A DNA stretch of 64,000 nt from an uncultured bacterium (GCA_903841185.1 CAIMIV010000042.1:11319-75318), one strand, 5' to 3'; shown: positions 10,992 through 21,674, numbered from the stretch's first letter. Notes: generated by a model from the sequence alone, not told the origin. Translations and numbers: made by a program.

Positions 10992-12032
10992 ATGTTACAA
11001 GCAATCATCACTTTTCTCATCATGCCCTTAGCGCCATTTTGGTTCTATGGGGATATGGCGGCTAGTTTGCAAAATGAGCCTGTTTCCAACGGGGAGGTTT
11101 TTCAGTTGGATCAGCGGGCTTCCGCGGCTTCTCTAGAGGAGACGACCTTTGATTCTGAAGCCTTGGCGAGTCACAGTATTTTCCCGGTGGATTCTGCGCT
11201 GGCCGCCGGACTGGTTCCTATAAGAAAAGCGGATGTAGCTGATCTCAAGGTTTGGGCGGGGTCCTCCGTGGCTATTGATGTGGATACCGGCACGATCATT
11301 CACTACGATGACGGTCGAAAGCGAACGCAGATTGCCTCGCTCACAAAAATGATGACAGCTGTTTTGGCAGTAGAAAATATCAAAGACCTTAACGAAGACG
11401 TGGTGATTACCAAGGAGGCCTTGAATATGGTCGGCACAGTAGTGGGTTGTCCGACGAGTGTTTTTTGCAACGGAAATCGGATGTACGTGGGGGAAAAAGT
11501 GCGGGCTATGGATCTTTTGAAAGTGATGCTGATGAACAGTGCGAATGATTCCGCTACGGCGCTGGGCATTCATATCGCCGGTACGCCCGAAAAATTTGTG
11601 GAAATGATGAACAAAAAAGCCAAAGACTTGGGATTGAAAGACACGAATTTTTGTACTCCCTCAGGACTGGAAATCGATGGCAAAGAGGATCAATGTTATT
11701 CGTCAGCCTATGACATCGCTCGCATTGCCGCCTATTCTTTGAAATATGATGTTATTTGGGATATTATGAAAATTCCGGAAGGCAAATTCTATTCTACTGA
11801 TGGAAAATATGTGCATGAACTGAAAAATACGGATATGCTATTAAATACCCTGCCCAATTGTATTGGAGGAAAGACGGGTTTTACTCCTTTGGCGGGCAAA
11901 TCGCTTATGTTGGGCACGGAAGATCCTACTGGAAAGCACAAAGTCATAGCGGTGTTGCTCAATGATGAACAACGTTGGGATGATATGCGAACCTTGGTCG
12001 GTTGGGTATTTAATAATTATAAATGGCAATAA
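10992..12032 (+). CDS. D-alanyl-D-alanine carboxypeptidase (peptidase S11)
   Basis: IASLTKMM (SxxK), SAND (SxN), GKTGFT. Confidence 0.92.
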   Translation: MLQAIITFLIMPLAPFWFYGDMAASLQNEPVSNGEVFQLDQRASAASLEETTFDSEALASHSIFPVDSALAAGLVPIRKADVADLKVWAGSSVAIDVDTGTIIHYDDGRKRTQIASLTKMMTAVLAVENIKDLNEDVVITKEALNMVGTVVGCPTSVFCNGNRMYVGEKVRAMDLLKVMLMNSANDSATALGIHIAGTPEKFVEMMNKKAKDLGLKDTNFCTPSGLEIDGKEDQCYSSAYDIARIAAYSLKYDVIWDIMKIPEGKFYSTDGKYVHELKNTDMLLNTLPNCIGGKTGFTPLAGKSLMLGTEDPTGKHKVIAVLLNDEQRWDDMRTLVGWVFNNYKWQ

Positions 12033-12033
12033 T

Positions 12034-13134
12034 ATGGAAATTGCACAAATACAAAACATCCCTATCGTGATGAATGTGTTGAAAGTGTTGGTAACCGGTT
12101 TTTCCGCGTTTGTACTGGCCTTTGTTTTTACTCCGCTGCTAACGAATTTCTTATACAATAATAAGATTGGCATCAAGATTAAGAAAAATTCCGTCGATGG
12201 AGAGAAGTTGACCTATGTCAGTCAAATGCATAAAAGCAAGGAAGGCACACCCACGATGGGAGGAATTTTGATCTGGCTAACAGTGACTATCCTAATCTTT
12301 GCTTCGCACTACATCTTTCCATTCCTAGCTCAATGGTTAGGTATTGATTTCATTGCTCGGCTGGATTTTTTACACCGCTCAGAAACTTGGCTGCCTCTGT
12401 TTGCGCTGGTTTCGGCAGGAATTTTGGGTCTTTTTGATGATTGGATGAGCGTCAAGGGGATTGGAAAAAATAAAGGTGGCGGGATGCGCTTTATGATGCG
12501 TTTTGGCTGGTTGATTTTGATTGCTATTTTAGGGGCGTGGTGGTTCTATTTCAAACTTAATTGGAATATTATTCACATTCCGGCTGTGGGCAACTTTGGT
12601 ATTGGGCTGTGGTATATACCCCTTTTTATTTTCGTTATTCTATTTACAGCTGTCTCATCTAACGAGACTGATGGATTGGATGGACTTAATGGGGGGATCA
12701 TGCTGATTGCTTTCAGCTCCTTCGCCTTGATTTCCTTTTTTCACAATATGATGGACATGGCGGCTTTTTGTGCGGCGATTTCCGGCGCTCTCCTGGCTTT
12801 TTTGTGGTTTAATATTTACCCCGCTCGATTTATTATGGGGGACACCGGCGCCATGGCCTTAGGTACGGCCTTAGGAGTGGTGGCTTTGATGACCAACTCA
12901 GTACTGGTACTTTTCGTGATTGTTTTTATCTATATTATTGAATCCGGATCAGTTTGTATTCAGCTGACATCTAAAAAATTATTCAAGAGAAAGGTTTTTC
13001 TAGCCGCTCCAATCCATCATCACTTTGAGGCCTTGGGATGGCCGGAAACCAAGGTGACTATGCGGGCCTGGATTTTTACCGTAGTGACGGCTACTATCGG
13101 CACTATCATCGCTATTTTAGGAATGGGAAAATGA
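12034..13134 (+). CDS. mraY: Phospho-N-acetylmuramoyl-pentapeptide transferase
   Basis: KEGTPTMGG, GLFDD, NETDGLDGL, MGDTG, APIHHHFEALGWPE. Confidence 0.94.
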   Translation: MEIAQIQNIPIVMNVLKVLVTGFSAFVLAFVFTPLLTNFLYNNKIGIKIKKNSVDGEKLTYVSQMHKSKEGTPTMGGILIWLTVTILIFASHYIFPFLAQWLGIDFIARLDFLHRSETWLPLFALVSAGILGLFDDWMSVKGIGKNKGGGMRFMMRFGWLILIAILGAWWFYFKLNWNIIHIPAVGNFGIGLWYIPLFIFVILFTAVSSNETDGLDGLNGGIMLIAFSSFALISFFHNMMDMAAFCAAISGALLAFLWFNIYPARFIMGDTGAMALGTALGVVALMTNSVLVLFVIVFIYIIESGSVCIQLTSKKLFKRKVFLAAPIHHHFEALGWPETKVTMRAWIFTVVTATIGTIIAILGMGK

Positions 13135-13185
13135 ACGCACAGAGTGCGTAAGGATAAATTTTTAATTTTTAATTTTTAAAGTACT

Positions 13186-14223
13186 ATGGAGATTAAAAAA
13201 ATACAAGACATGGACATTGCCGGCAAGAATGTTATTTTGCGGGTGGATTTTAATGTGGCCATGGAAGACGGCAAGGTAAAAGAAATGTTTAAGATTATAG
13301 CGGCCAAAGAAACAATTGACTATTTGCTCAGTCGCGATTGTCAGATAGCGCTGATTACTCATCTGGGAAGGCCTGATGGCAAAGTGGATTCGAAATTTTC
13401 TCTGGATCAAATTGCTACGGAGGTGGAAATTATCCTGGGGAGAAAAGTGACTTTTGTTCCGGACTGCATTGGAGAAAAAGTGCAAGCCGCCCTGGAAAAT
13501 TTGGAGGAAGGCGTGCTGCTGCTGGAAAATGTCAGATTTTATGCGGGTGATGAAACCAATGACGCCGCCTTTGCCGGCCAACTGGCGGAGCATTTTGAGG
13601 TGTTTGTGCAGGATGCCTTTAGTGTTTGTCATCGCGACCAGGCTTCAGTGACGGGCATCGCCAAGGTCTTGCCGAGCTGTGCCGGCTTTCGCTTGCTGGA
13701 AGAACTCCATGGCATGACCATTATCAAAGATCATCCCGTGCATCCGGCGGTGGCCATTATCGGTGGCGCTAAGATTGAAACCAAACTTCCGGTGATTAAA
13801 TTTTTTGAAGAAAAATATGATTATATTTTGGTGGGCGGGAAAATTGCCAACGAAGCCTTGGATCAGAAAATTGAATTTTCCGAGAAAGTAATTTTGCCGG
13901 TGGATTTTGTGGATGACCGTCTAGACATCGGACCCAAGACAGTGGAAAAATTCAAAGAGATTATTGCTACGGCCAAGACCATTGCTTGGAACGGGCCGAC
14001 CGGAAAATTTGAAGAGGAAAAATATGCCGTCAGTTCCAATGCGATTTTGGAAGCGGTGATTGACAGCGGGGCTTTTGTTTTGGTGGGCGGAGGAGAAACG
14101 CTGGAAATTTTGGAGAAAAATATCGCCATGGATAAAATCTCCTTTGTTTCCACCGGTGGCGGGGCGATGCTGGACTATTTGTCCGGAGCGGCGATGCCGG
14201 GCATTGATATTTTGCAAAAATAG
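13186..14223 (+). CDS. pgk: Phosphoglycerate kinase, shortened (345 aa)
   Basis: RVDFNV, THLGRP, LLENVRF, GGAK, WNGPTG, GGGET, STGGGA. Confidence 0.93.
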   Translation: MEIKKIQDMDIAGKNVILRVDFNVAMEDGKVKEMFKIIAAKETIDYLLSRDCQIALITHLGRPDGKVDSKFSLDQIATEVEIILGRKVTFVPDCIGEKVQAALENLEEGVLLLENVRFYAGDETNDAAFAGQLAEHFEVFVQDAFSVCHRDQASVTGIAKVLPSCAGFRLLEELHGMTIIKDHPVHPAVAIIGGAKIETKLPVIKFFEEKYDYILVGGKIANEALDQKIEFSEKVILPVDFVDDRLDIGPKTVEKFKEIIATAKTIAWNGPTGKFEEEKYAVSSNAILEAVIDSGAFVLVGGGETLEILEKNIAMDKISFVSTGGGAMLDYLSGAAMPGIDILQK

Positions 14224-14236
14224 ATTATAAAGTAGT

Positions 14237-14270
14237 AAAAACCGCCTCTAAAAAAGATAGGGCGGTTTTT
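14237..14270. terminator. Bidirectional intrinsic terminator between convergent genes
   Basis: aaaaaccgcc(tcta)...(tag)ggcggttttt. Confidence 0.7.
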
Positions 14271-14279
14271 AATTTGGAA

Positions 14280-16490
14280 TTAGCTAAGGGGAATAATCTT
14301 TAATTCAGTTTCAGTGGAGAAATAGAAGAGATTATTTTTTTCATCTAGGAGGATACTGATCGCTTGTTGCAATTCTGGAAAATAATATTGCTTGATGATT
14401 TGGCCATCTTTGTCGAAATAGACGGCTCTTGCGTTGGCTTTATCAAGAATAAGCATATTGCCATTTTCACTTTCGATGGACAAGCGGAACATCTCCAAAG
14501 GCGTAGTGGTAGTTTCCAATGCAAAGGGCTCTTTTTTGCCTCGGAACAATTTGGTCAGCGCATCTTTTTTAGCGACAAAGACATTTTCATTGATGGAAAA
14601 GTCCATGACGCTGGCTAAATCAAAATCTTCTTTGAGCCAATTGGTTTTTTCGCCAAAGCCACCTTCTGCTCGGGGATAGCGATAGATCTGGTTGGCTTGG
14701 GAGTCTGCCAAATAGAGATAGGTGAGATAGGTGCCCATAGCCACTATATTAGCTGTTGCCGGAATGGTGATGGCATTCTCTTGAAAATTTCCTGAGGTGG
14801 GGCTGAAGGATAATACTTGCTTGTTTTTATTGATGAGAAAGATTAGATTAAGGTCGGCCATGCCTTGGGCGTAGGCGGGTGCGGAAAAACTGGGTGGCAA
14901 AGCAGATTTAGTATTTTTAGCCACATCAATAATTTCCTGAGCAGTGATGATATAGAGCCGGTCATTTAACTTGAGAGTGTTGATAATCGCATTGGTGGTA
15001 TAGACGCTAGTAGCATTTTCCACACGCGTCACATTCTTATCTTTTTCCAAGGGGAGGGCAATGGTTTCCACTATATCGGGAACGGCGGCGGTGTTTTTTT
15101 GCGCCGCTCGTTCATTGAGAAATTGCGCTACAAAAAAAGGCACTATAAAAATGAGGACTAAAACCAAGAGGCCATAGAGTCGTTGTTGATAGTCCATGCG
15201 CAAAACAATGCGTTTGATTTTTTGCAGGCTGGGGGTTAGTTTGGCAGAAAGTGGTTGGAGGACTTGAACTAGGTTTTTTCCCCAGGAAAGTAAGATAGCG
15301 GTATTTTTTTTCGGCCAAACTCGTTGAAAAAGGGAAGTTTTTTCTTTGGGGGGCAGGGATGTTATGACATGGGCAGCTTTTTTTGAAGATGCCGGCTGGG
15401 CATTGGCGGCACTTTGCTTGGGAGTGTATTTTTGCAGTTGACGTTTTCCGCTCCGTGCTACTGTTAGAATCATTTCTTTGGAAAGAGTGGCTTTTTTGAG
15501 GAGGAGTTGACTGGTGTTTTGCAAGAGGAGGGTCACTTTTTCTGTGTAGGGAGTGGTGGGTTCTTTTGGATAATTCTCAGTTTCATAATGATCTTCTTTG
15601 ATATAGATATGTCCGGTTTTTTGATCAATAAACTCAGCTTGAGATTTTTTAATTTCCTCTTGTAATTCTCCCTCCGCTATTGCGAGATTATGATCTTTTT
15701 TGCTGACGGGATGCTTGAAAGCATCATTACTGAAAGCATTAAGTGGCTGAGTGGAGGTTTTTTTGAGAGGAATTTTTTTGAGAGGGGTTTCTTTAGCGCT
15801 AAAATCCACCACCAACACCGCGGCTTTTTCCAACTCTGAACCCAGGGCAGTGCGCAGGAATTGCACGAACTCTTCCTTGGAAAAGCGGAGCGCACTTTTT
15901 TTGATTTCTTCTAGGGAAAAAATGTCAAAAATACTGGAGGTGGTGATAATAAGTTTATCCTCTTCCTCCATTCTGCCACTGGAGACATTGACAAATGTCT
16001 TCAGCGGGTTAGGCTCTCTATCTAGTGGAGAAAGGCCATCGCTGATATCGGTGAAAATTTTAGAGCGCAACAAAAAAGCCGAAGCATTGCCTGCTTGAGA
16101 AAAATGCAATCCATTTTTTTCTGTCACCGCAATCAGGGCATTGAGGTTGCCCAGCCAATCAATATTTTCGTGCTCAGCCAGATTGGAAAGAGCCAGATTG
16201 GCTTTGTGCAATGAGGCTTCCAGGCTTTCGATGGGTCCGCGTTTGGGCTTAGAAAAATATTCCTTTTTAATGATGGAAACCAAATAGTTGACGATATAGG
16301 AAGAATCTTCCGAAGAGTTTGTGACCTCGAAAACTCCTACTAACGTTCCCAGGTTATGACTATCGATGTTTTCCGGCTCCTGGATGAGAATCTGAATGTA
16401 GGGGCATAATTTCTTGTCATGACATACCAAAATACTTTCAAATTCTGGTTTGACTTCGACAATCCGATTGTGGGGTTTTTTTCTGGTCAT
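14280..16490 (-). CDS. Membrane protein with a PP2C-phosphatase-like N-terminal fold (probably degenerate), one TM helix and a beta-propeller-like C-terminus
   Basis: LHKANLAL, FSQAGNASAFLLR, DKLIITTS resemble PP2C strands without the acidic metal ligands; TM near aa 437-457; NHL-like YLYLADSQANQIYRY. Confidence 0.55.
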   Translation of the reverse strand: MTRKKPHNRIVEVKPEFESILVCHDKKLCPYIQILIQEPENIDSHNLGTLVGVFEVTNSSEDSSYIVNYLVSIIKKEYFSKPKRGPIESLEASLHKANLALSNLAEHENIDWLGNLNALIAVTEKNGLHFSQAGNASAFLLRSKIFTDISDGLSPLDREPNPLKTFVNVSSGRMEEEDKLIITTSSIFDIFSLEEIKKSALRFSKEEFVQFLRTALGSELEKAAVLVVDFSAKETPLKKIPLKKTSTQPLNAFSNDAFKHPVSKKDHNLAIAEGELQEEIKKSQAEFIDQKTGHIYIKEDHYETENYPKEPTTPYTEKVTLLLQNTSQLLLKKATLSKEMILTVARSGKRQLQKYTPKQSAANAQPASSKKAAHVITSLPPKEKTSLFQRVWPKKNTAILLSWGKNLVQVLQPLSAKLTPSLQKIKRIVLRMDYQQRLYGLLVLVLIFIVPFFVAQFLNERAAQKNTAAVPDIVETIALPLEKDKNVTRVENATSVYTTNAIINTLKLNDRLYIITAQEIIDVAKNTKSALPPSFSAPAYAQGMADLNLIFLINKNKQVLSFSPTSGNFQENAITIPATANIVAMGTYLTYLYLADSQANQIYRYPRAEGGFGEKTNWLKEDFDLASVMDFSINENVFVAKKDALTKLFRGKKEPFALETTTTPLEMFRLSIESENGNMLILDKANARAVYFDKDGQIIKQYYFPELQQAISILLDEKNNLFYFSTETELKIIPLS

Positions 16491-16500
16491 AGATTCTTTA

Positions 16501-16673
16501 GTAACTGTCTAATATCTCACCGCCATAAAATGGCTTGCCGGCTGAAATCCCGAAATTTCGGCTGCAAAACCTGTAAGCCTCGTCAGGTTGTCACAAACAG
16601 CCATTCATCACCTTCTAGGTTTTTCGCTCGAAATTTCAGGATTTAAACTCGACATGAGATATTAGACAGTTAC
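16501..16673. mobile_element. MITE with 19-bp perfect terminal inverted repeats and a probable TTA target duplication
   Basis: gtaactgtctaatatctca...tgagatattagacagttac; tta at 16498-16500 and 16674-16676; nested internal IRs. Confidence 0.8.
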
Positions 16674-16861
16674 TTAGATTCGTCTTTATTATAGCATAAA
16701 TTACCCAGAGAGGATATTTTTTGTGCCTGAGCGAGGGAAAGGATAGGAAATACCTCTATATTGTAGCATTTCTATGGGTTTACTTTTTGCCTGACAACCA
16801 CTATACTATATACATAGATAGCTTGTAACGTAGACCATTATAAATATTTAAGATTAACTCT

Positions 16862-17461
16862 ATGTCGTCAGAAGTTTTAGAAATCCTTTTTGGTTCCAAA
16901 GAAAAAGCGCGTCTGTTGAGATTTTTTTTGCAGAATCCCGGTCAAGACTATGCTTACGCTGAGGTAGTGCGGAGAAATATGTTTCGAGGGAATGTTAAAA
17001 AGGAAATGGAGAGCTTAAAAAAGATAAAGTTTATTTTAAGTCGTACTAAGAAAGGCAAAATTTCCTATGTTTTGAATCAGGAGTTTAGTTTTTATCCGGA
17101 GTTGAAAAATCTGATTTCCAAATCCAACGTCTATCCTCAATGCAAAAGCATCGCTACCGTGGAGAAAATCGGCAATATCAAGCTGGCAGCTATTAGTGGA
17201 GTGTTTATTAATTATCCCAAAAGCAAAGCGGATATGATTATTGTAGGGGATGATATCAAACGTACTAAGTTGAAGAGCTTGATGTCCAATTTGGAAGCGG
17301 AGATTGGCAAGGAAATTGATTTTGTATTGATGAACGGAGAAGAGTTTAAATATCGTTTGAATATGCTGGATAAATTTATTTTGGAATTTCTGGAAGGTCC
17401 GCATGAAGAGCTGATTAACAAGATTCCCGGACTGAAACATTTTATTGCTAAACGGAGATAA
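16862..17461 (+). CDS. Conserved hypothetical: winged-helix-like N-terminus plus minimal nucleotidyltransferase-like C-terminus
   Basis: LFGSKEKARLLRFF, YPELKNLI, SGVF..ADMIIVGD, LEAEIGKEIDF. Confidence 0.55.
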   Translation: MSSEVLEILFGSKEKARLLRFFLQNPGQDYAYAEVVRRNMFRGNVKKEMESLKKIKFILSRTKKGKISYVLNQEFSFYPELKNLISKSNVYPQCKSIATVEKIGNIKLAAISGVFINYPKSKADMIIVGDDIKRTKLKSLMSNLEAEIGKEIDFVLMNGEEFKYRLNMLDKFILEFLEGPHEELINKIPGLKHFIAKRR

Positions 17462-17547
17462 TTATAAGAGCTACGCCTTTTATCACTCAGTAACCGTATT
17501 TTCAAATATAGTCGCTGAATTCAAATGCGTAAGACATAAATTAAAAA

Positions 17548-18633
17548 ATGACCTATTTCTTAATAATAATTCTTACCTTGATCATTGCCGGGTTTTTACT
17601 GTGGCTGAGTTTTTTTCTGCAGAGTAGTCAGAGAAATAAAAATAGTGATATTGGGGCTATCGCGGAGCGTCTCAAGATGTTGTCCGAGCAAAACAATGAT
17701 TTGCGCAATATGATGGATCGCAAACTTTCCGAGACGCATCGTACCACGCAGGCGCAAATCAATCAGACCATTCAAACCGTGCAGGGCATCAGCGGGCAAT
17801 CTCACAAGCTCATCAGCGATGTTACGGAAAAACTGACTAAATTAGATGAAACTAATCGGCAGGTGGTGAATTTTTCGGCCCAGTTGCAAAGTTTGCAAGA
17901 TATTTTGAAGAATCCCAAGCAACGTGGTATCTTGGGAGAATATTTTTTGGAAGAAACTCTGAAAAATGTCCTGCCGCCCAATTCCTATCAGATGCAATAT
18001 GCTTTTGCGAACAACGTGATTGTGGACGCCGTGGTTTTTGTTAAAGATAAACTGGTGCCTATCGATTCCAAATTTTCCTTGGAGAATTACGAGCGCATTT
18101 TGAATGCCACCAGCACCAAAGAGAAGGAGGATCTGGAAAAGGTGTTCAAGCAAGATCTCAAAAATAGAATCGATGAAACTTCGAAATATATCAAGCCGGA
18201 AGAGGGGACAATGGATTTTGCCTTCATGTTCATTCCCTCCGAAGCCATCTATTATGATTTGCTCATCAATAAGGTGGGGGCGGTGAAAGTGAATACGCGT
18301 GATTTGATTGAATATGCCTTTCAGGACAAAAAAGTGATTATTGTTTCCCCGACTTCTTTTTTGGCCTATCTGCAAACAGTGTTGCAAGGTTTGCGCGCTT
18401 TTCAAATTGAGGAAAGTGCCAAGGAGATTCGGGTGAATGTGGAAAAATTAGGCAAGCATATTCTGGCTTTTGAGGAGTATATGCGCAAGGTGCAAGGCAG
18501 TCTGGGGACGACGGTCAATCATTTTAATGTGGCCTATAAGGAACTGGGTAAAATAGATAAGGACGTTTCTCGAATAACTAAAGCGGAAAAAACAATCGAG
18601 CCGGTAATGCTGGATAAACCGATCGTGGATTAA
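17548..18633 (+). CDS. rmuC: DNA recombination protein RmuC
   Basis: N-terminal TM, coiled coil, KQRGILGE, IDSKF, DFAFMFIPSE, VSPTS. Confidence 0.93.
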   Translation: MTYFLIIILTLIIAGFLLWLSFFLQSSQRNKNSDIGAIAERLKMLSEQNNDLRNMMDRKLSETHRTTQAQINQTIQTVQGISGQSHKLISDVTEKLTKLDETNRQVVNFSAQLQSLQDILKNPKQRGILGEYFLEETLKNVLPPNSYQMQYAFANNVIVDAVVFVKDKLVPIDSKFSLENYERILNATSTKEKEDLEKVFKQDLKNRIDETSKYIKPEEGTMDFAFMFIPSEAIYYDLLINKVGAVKVNTRDLIEYAFQDKKVIIVSPTSFLAYLQTVLQGLRAFQIEESAKEIRVNVEKLGKHILAFEEYMRKVQGSLGTTVNHFNVAYKELGKIDKDVSRITKAEKTIEPVMLDKPIVD

Positions 18634-18637
18634 TGTT

Positions 18638-19057
18638 ATGGATAAAAAGGTGTTGCGGAAAATGGGAGGAAGGAAGATAGAGAAGTTACGCTTAGTGTGG
18701 CAGTCTTTTTTCAGGCAGGAATATTTCCAAAGCCATATCGTGATTTGGCTTTTAATTTTGAGTGGCATTACCAATATTATCAATTGGCTGATTTTACGCA
18801 TCTGGGTGCAACCGGTGGATTTCTCAATTATCTTGCATTATAATGTGTATTTCGGGGTGGATTCAATTGGGGACTATCGCCAGGTGTATGTTTTGCCATT
18901 CATTGGGTTGATTCTATGGGGGATTAATTTTATGTTGTCGTTATATTTTTATCAGCAAAAAGAGCGCATCGCCAGCTATATTCTGCTCATCGCTATGCTT
19001 ATGGTCCAATTGAGTTTGATAGTGGCCGCAACCAGTGTGATTTTAATTAACTATTAA
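18638..19057 (+). CDS. Small three-TM membrane protein (DUF1648-like)
   Basis: IILHYNVYFGVD..G between hydrophobic helices. Confidence 0.65.
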   Translation: MDKKVLRKMGGRKIEKLRLVWQSFFRQEYFQSHIVIWLLILSGITNIINWLILRIWVQPVDFSIILHYNVYFGVDSIGDYRQVYVLPFIGLILWGINFMLSLYFYQQKERIASYILLIAMLMVQLSLIVAATSVILINY

Positions 19058-19125
19058 AAACTTGGCGGAGGTTGTCACTTCCTAACTCTTAGGAACAAAA
19101 ACTTTCGGCAGACGCAAAAAAAACG

Positions 19126-20142
19126 ATGGCAAAATACCTCATTTCTTTTCTCTTGGCTTTTCTGCTGACCGTTGCTTTTATCTTTTTGCTGAAATCTTTT
19201 ACCGGCAAGATTAAGTGGCGAGGGCGGGTTTCGGCGCGACACATTAATAGAGTAGATGTTTTTCGGGTGGGCGGCATAGCGATGATAATCGCTTTTAATT
19301 TAGCGCTACTGCTGAATAATGCTTTGGTGATCACACCGGCTTTGTCGGGCGTGATGTTAGCCTCGCTATTTGTTTTGGTGGTGGGAATTTGGGACGACGT
19401 GCGGGAAGTTTTTTGGAAAACCCAACTTTTCTATCAAGTAGCCATTGCCATGCTGGTGTATATTTTTGGTTTGCGGATTTATGCCATCACCAATCCGCTG
19501 GGAGGCGTCATAGGGTTCGATAGCAGTTGGGGAATCATAATTTCAGTGCTTTTAGTAATCGCTTGGATTGTGACCATTATCAATTCCATGAATTGGCTGG
19601 ATGGCATTGACGGTCTTTCCGGAGGGGTGTCTTTTATTTGCGCTATGACCATGGTTGTCCTCAGTCTCACGCCCGACGTCAACCAGCCGCCCGTGGCTAT
19701 TATAGCATTGGCTGTGGCCGGATCTATTCTGGGATTCTTGGTGTTTAATTTTTATCCTTCCATCATCATCGCCGGCACATCCGGATCGATGTTTATGGGA
19801 TTTTCCTTGGCCATTTTGGCTATTTTTGCCGGAACCAAAATTGCCACGGCCATTCTGGTGCTGGCTTTGCCTATTATTGATTTTGTCTGGGTGATTGGGG
19901 AGCGTCTAAAAAAGAAAAAATCTATTTTCAAAGCGGATAAGAATCATCTGCACTATAAATTGATGGAATTGGGCTGGTCGCAAAGAAAAATTGCTTTGTA
20001 TTATTATGCTGTCACGTTAGTCATTGCTATCGTGGCTTTAAATACGCGCGTGATTGGGAAAACCATTACCTTGTTAGCGGCTATGATTGTCATGACCAGT
20101 GCTCTTTTTTTTATCAATAAAAAATTGGCTCAAAAAAAGTAA
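19126..20142 (+). CDS. Undecaprenyl-phosphate GlcNAc-1-phosphate transferase (WecA/TagO family)
   Basis: GIWDD, NWLDGIDGL, ADKNHLHYKL. Confidence 0.88.
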   Translation: MAKYLISFLLAFLLTVAFIFLLKSFTGKIKWRGRVSARHINRVDVFRVGGIAMIIAFNLALLLNNALVITPALSGVMLASLFVLVVGIWDDVREVFWKTQLFYQVAIAMLVYIFGLRIYAITNPLGGVIGFDSSWGIIISVLLVIAWIVTIINSMNWLDGIDGLSGGVSFICAMTMVVLSLTPDVNQPPVAIIALAVAGSILGFLVFNFYPSIIIAGTSGSMFMGFSLAILAIFAGTKIATAILVLALPIIDFVWVIGERLKKKKSIFKADKNHLHYKLMELGWSQRKIALYYYAVTLVIAIVALNTRVIGKTITLLAAMIVMTSALFFINKKLAQKK

Positions 20143-20158
20143 ATATCTTTCTGTAAAT

Positions 20159-20193
20159 GCAAAACCCCACAACATATAGTTGCGGGGTTTTGC
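20159..20193. terminator. Intrinsic terminator-like hairpin between convergent genes
   Basis: gcaaaaccccacaac atata gttgcggggttttgc. Confidence 0.65.
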
Positions 20194-20287
20194 TATTAGA
20201 AAGTAGTAATATACTTAATTATGCAGTGGCCTGAAGCCACTAAGGAACAAGGTTATGTCTCATCATAGCTCTATCTTCTAGAAAAAA

Positions 20288-20872
20288 CTATGAGAGAGAG
20301 GGCACTCTAACGGCATATTTGTGTAGATTCTGGAGTTGCTTTTCGTTGAGAATTTTCGCTCTTCCGATGGCCTCTTGAATCAAATCTTTAGAAAATTCTA
20401 CTGAAGTTCCCACGTGGACAGAGCCAGAATGAGAAACTTTCTTTCGCAGATAGTCTTCGATGTAGATCTTGTGTTCAGCACTGAGCGTCGCATCTTGGTT
20501 TTTTTCCAGATAATTGGCCAGCGCTCGACGCGCCAATACAGTTTTTCCGTCTCCTCGTCCAGCGGTTTCCACAAAAGATTTTTCAGTCTCTTGGCTAGTC
20601 GCCTTAGGAGTTTCTTTTACATCGCCCTTCTTGGCAGTCGCAGTTTCCGCTACTTGATCGGTCGTAACAGCTAGATTTTCCGGGGAAGTGCTTTCTTCCA
20701 CGGCAGTTTCCTTAGTCAGCATAGACTGTTCGCTTCTCTTGGAGTAGGAATAGATGCCACCGGCGATAGCTACTACAATCAAAATGCTGATGATAACCCG
20801 GAGGTTATCTTGCAACCATTGCTTGGCTGTGGCTTGATTGATTTCTTCGTCAATATTGATATTATCTTGCAT
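20288..20872 (-). CDS. Single-TM exported hypothetical protein
   Basis: TM IISILIVVAIAGGIYSY, E/T-rich linker; ATG at 20872 follows a strong SD-like gaaaggtaggtgaa. Confidence 0.75.
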   Translation of the reverse strand: MQDNINIDEEINQATAKQWLQDNLRVIISILIVVAIAGGIYSYSKRSEQSMLTKETAVEESTSPENLAVTTDQVAETATAKKGDVKETPKATSQETEKSFVETAGRGDGKTVLARRALANYLEKNQDATLSAEHKIYIEDYLRKKVSHSGSVHVGTSVEFSKDLIQEAIGRAKILNEKQLQNLHKYAVRVPSLS

Positions 20873-21517
20873 TTGTTTCACCTACCTTTCTATTTTTAAT
20901 TTGTTAAGGGGCTTGCGTTGAAGCTATTTGCCCAAATAAAGGGGTTTCCTTGAGGGAAGACACCTGAATTCAAGACAATTCGACCAAAAATGTGTCTGTT
21001 TCTAAATTCTAGCAAAGCTGCCAGCGACGTCAACTAGACAAAAGGCTGTATTTTAGGTGTAATAGCGGGCGAATTTTCCCGTCTCGACTCGTGGAGGCGA
21101 CCACTCGCCGACCCGAGGCGGATAATTTTTAATTTCCAATTTTTAAAATAATGTTTAAATTTTTAATTTTCAATCCTAAATCGGGTATGATAAAAACTAA
21201 ATCTCAATCCCGAGGACTCAGGACCAAATGTCTAAATAATTAAAATTTTAAAAATTACAAAGTTATGCGGGACGTCGAATGTGAGAAAGAAAAATATGGA
21301 TAGAGGAAAATTTTTTCTAAAAAAGGGATGTGAGAAAATAAAAAGGAGGGGGTAAAAAATATTTTTTTATGTCAGAAAAAAAGAATTTATTTTTAGGGAA
21401 AAAAAATAGTCCGGCAAAATTATTTTTCACAGATTGAAAGAAAAAATAAAATGTTTATTTTAACGCAGTAAATATCGAAGAATAAAAAAAATATTTTTTG
21501 TGAAAAAATTTGGAGGC

Positions 21518-21562
21518 TGTGGATAACTTCTTCTATTGCAAAAAAAACTATTTGTTCTATAA
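21518..21562 (+). promoter_or_regulatory. DnaA box next to a sigma70-type promoter of the histone-like gene
   Basis: tgtggataa (reverse of TTATCCACA) at 21518-21526; ttgcaa...tataat downstream. Confidence 0.55.
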
Positions 21563-21674
21563 TTTAGATAGACAAAAATATTTTTTAAATAAAAAATAAA
21601 TTTGTTGAAATAAAAAAGGTCGAACAATGTATTATAAAGATAAAAATAAAATAGAAAGGAAGGTGAAATAAAAT

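Noticed and set aside
20900-20990. c-di-GMP-I riboswitch-like gggcaaa..acgcaagcc on the minus strand
   Set aside because: The GAAA-capped stem and second hairpin are missing.
21124-21674. Replication origin
   Set aside because: AT-rich, but only one clear DnaA box and no dnaA or dnaN nearby.
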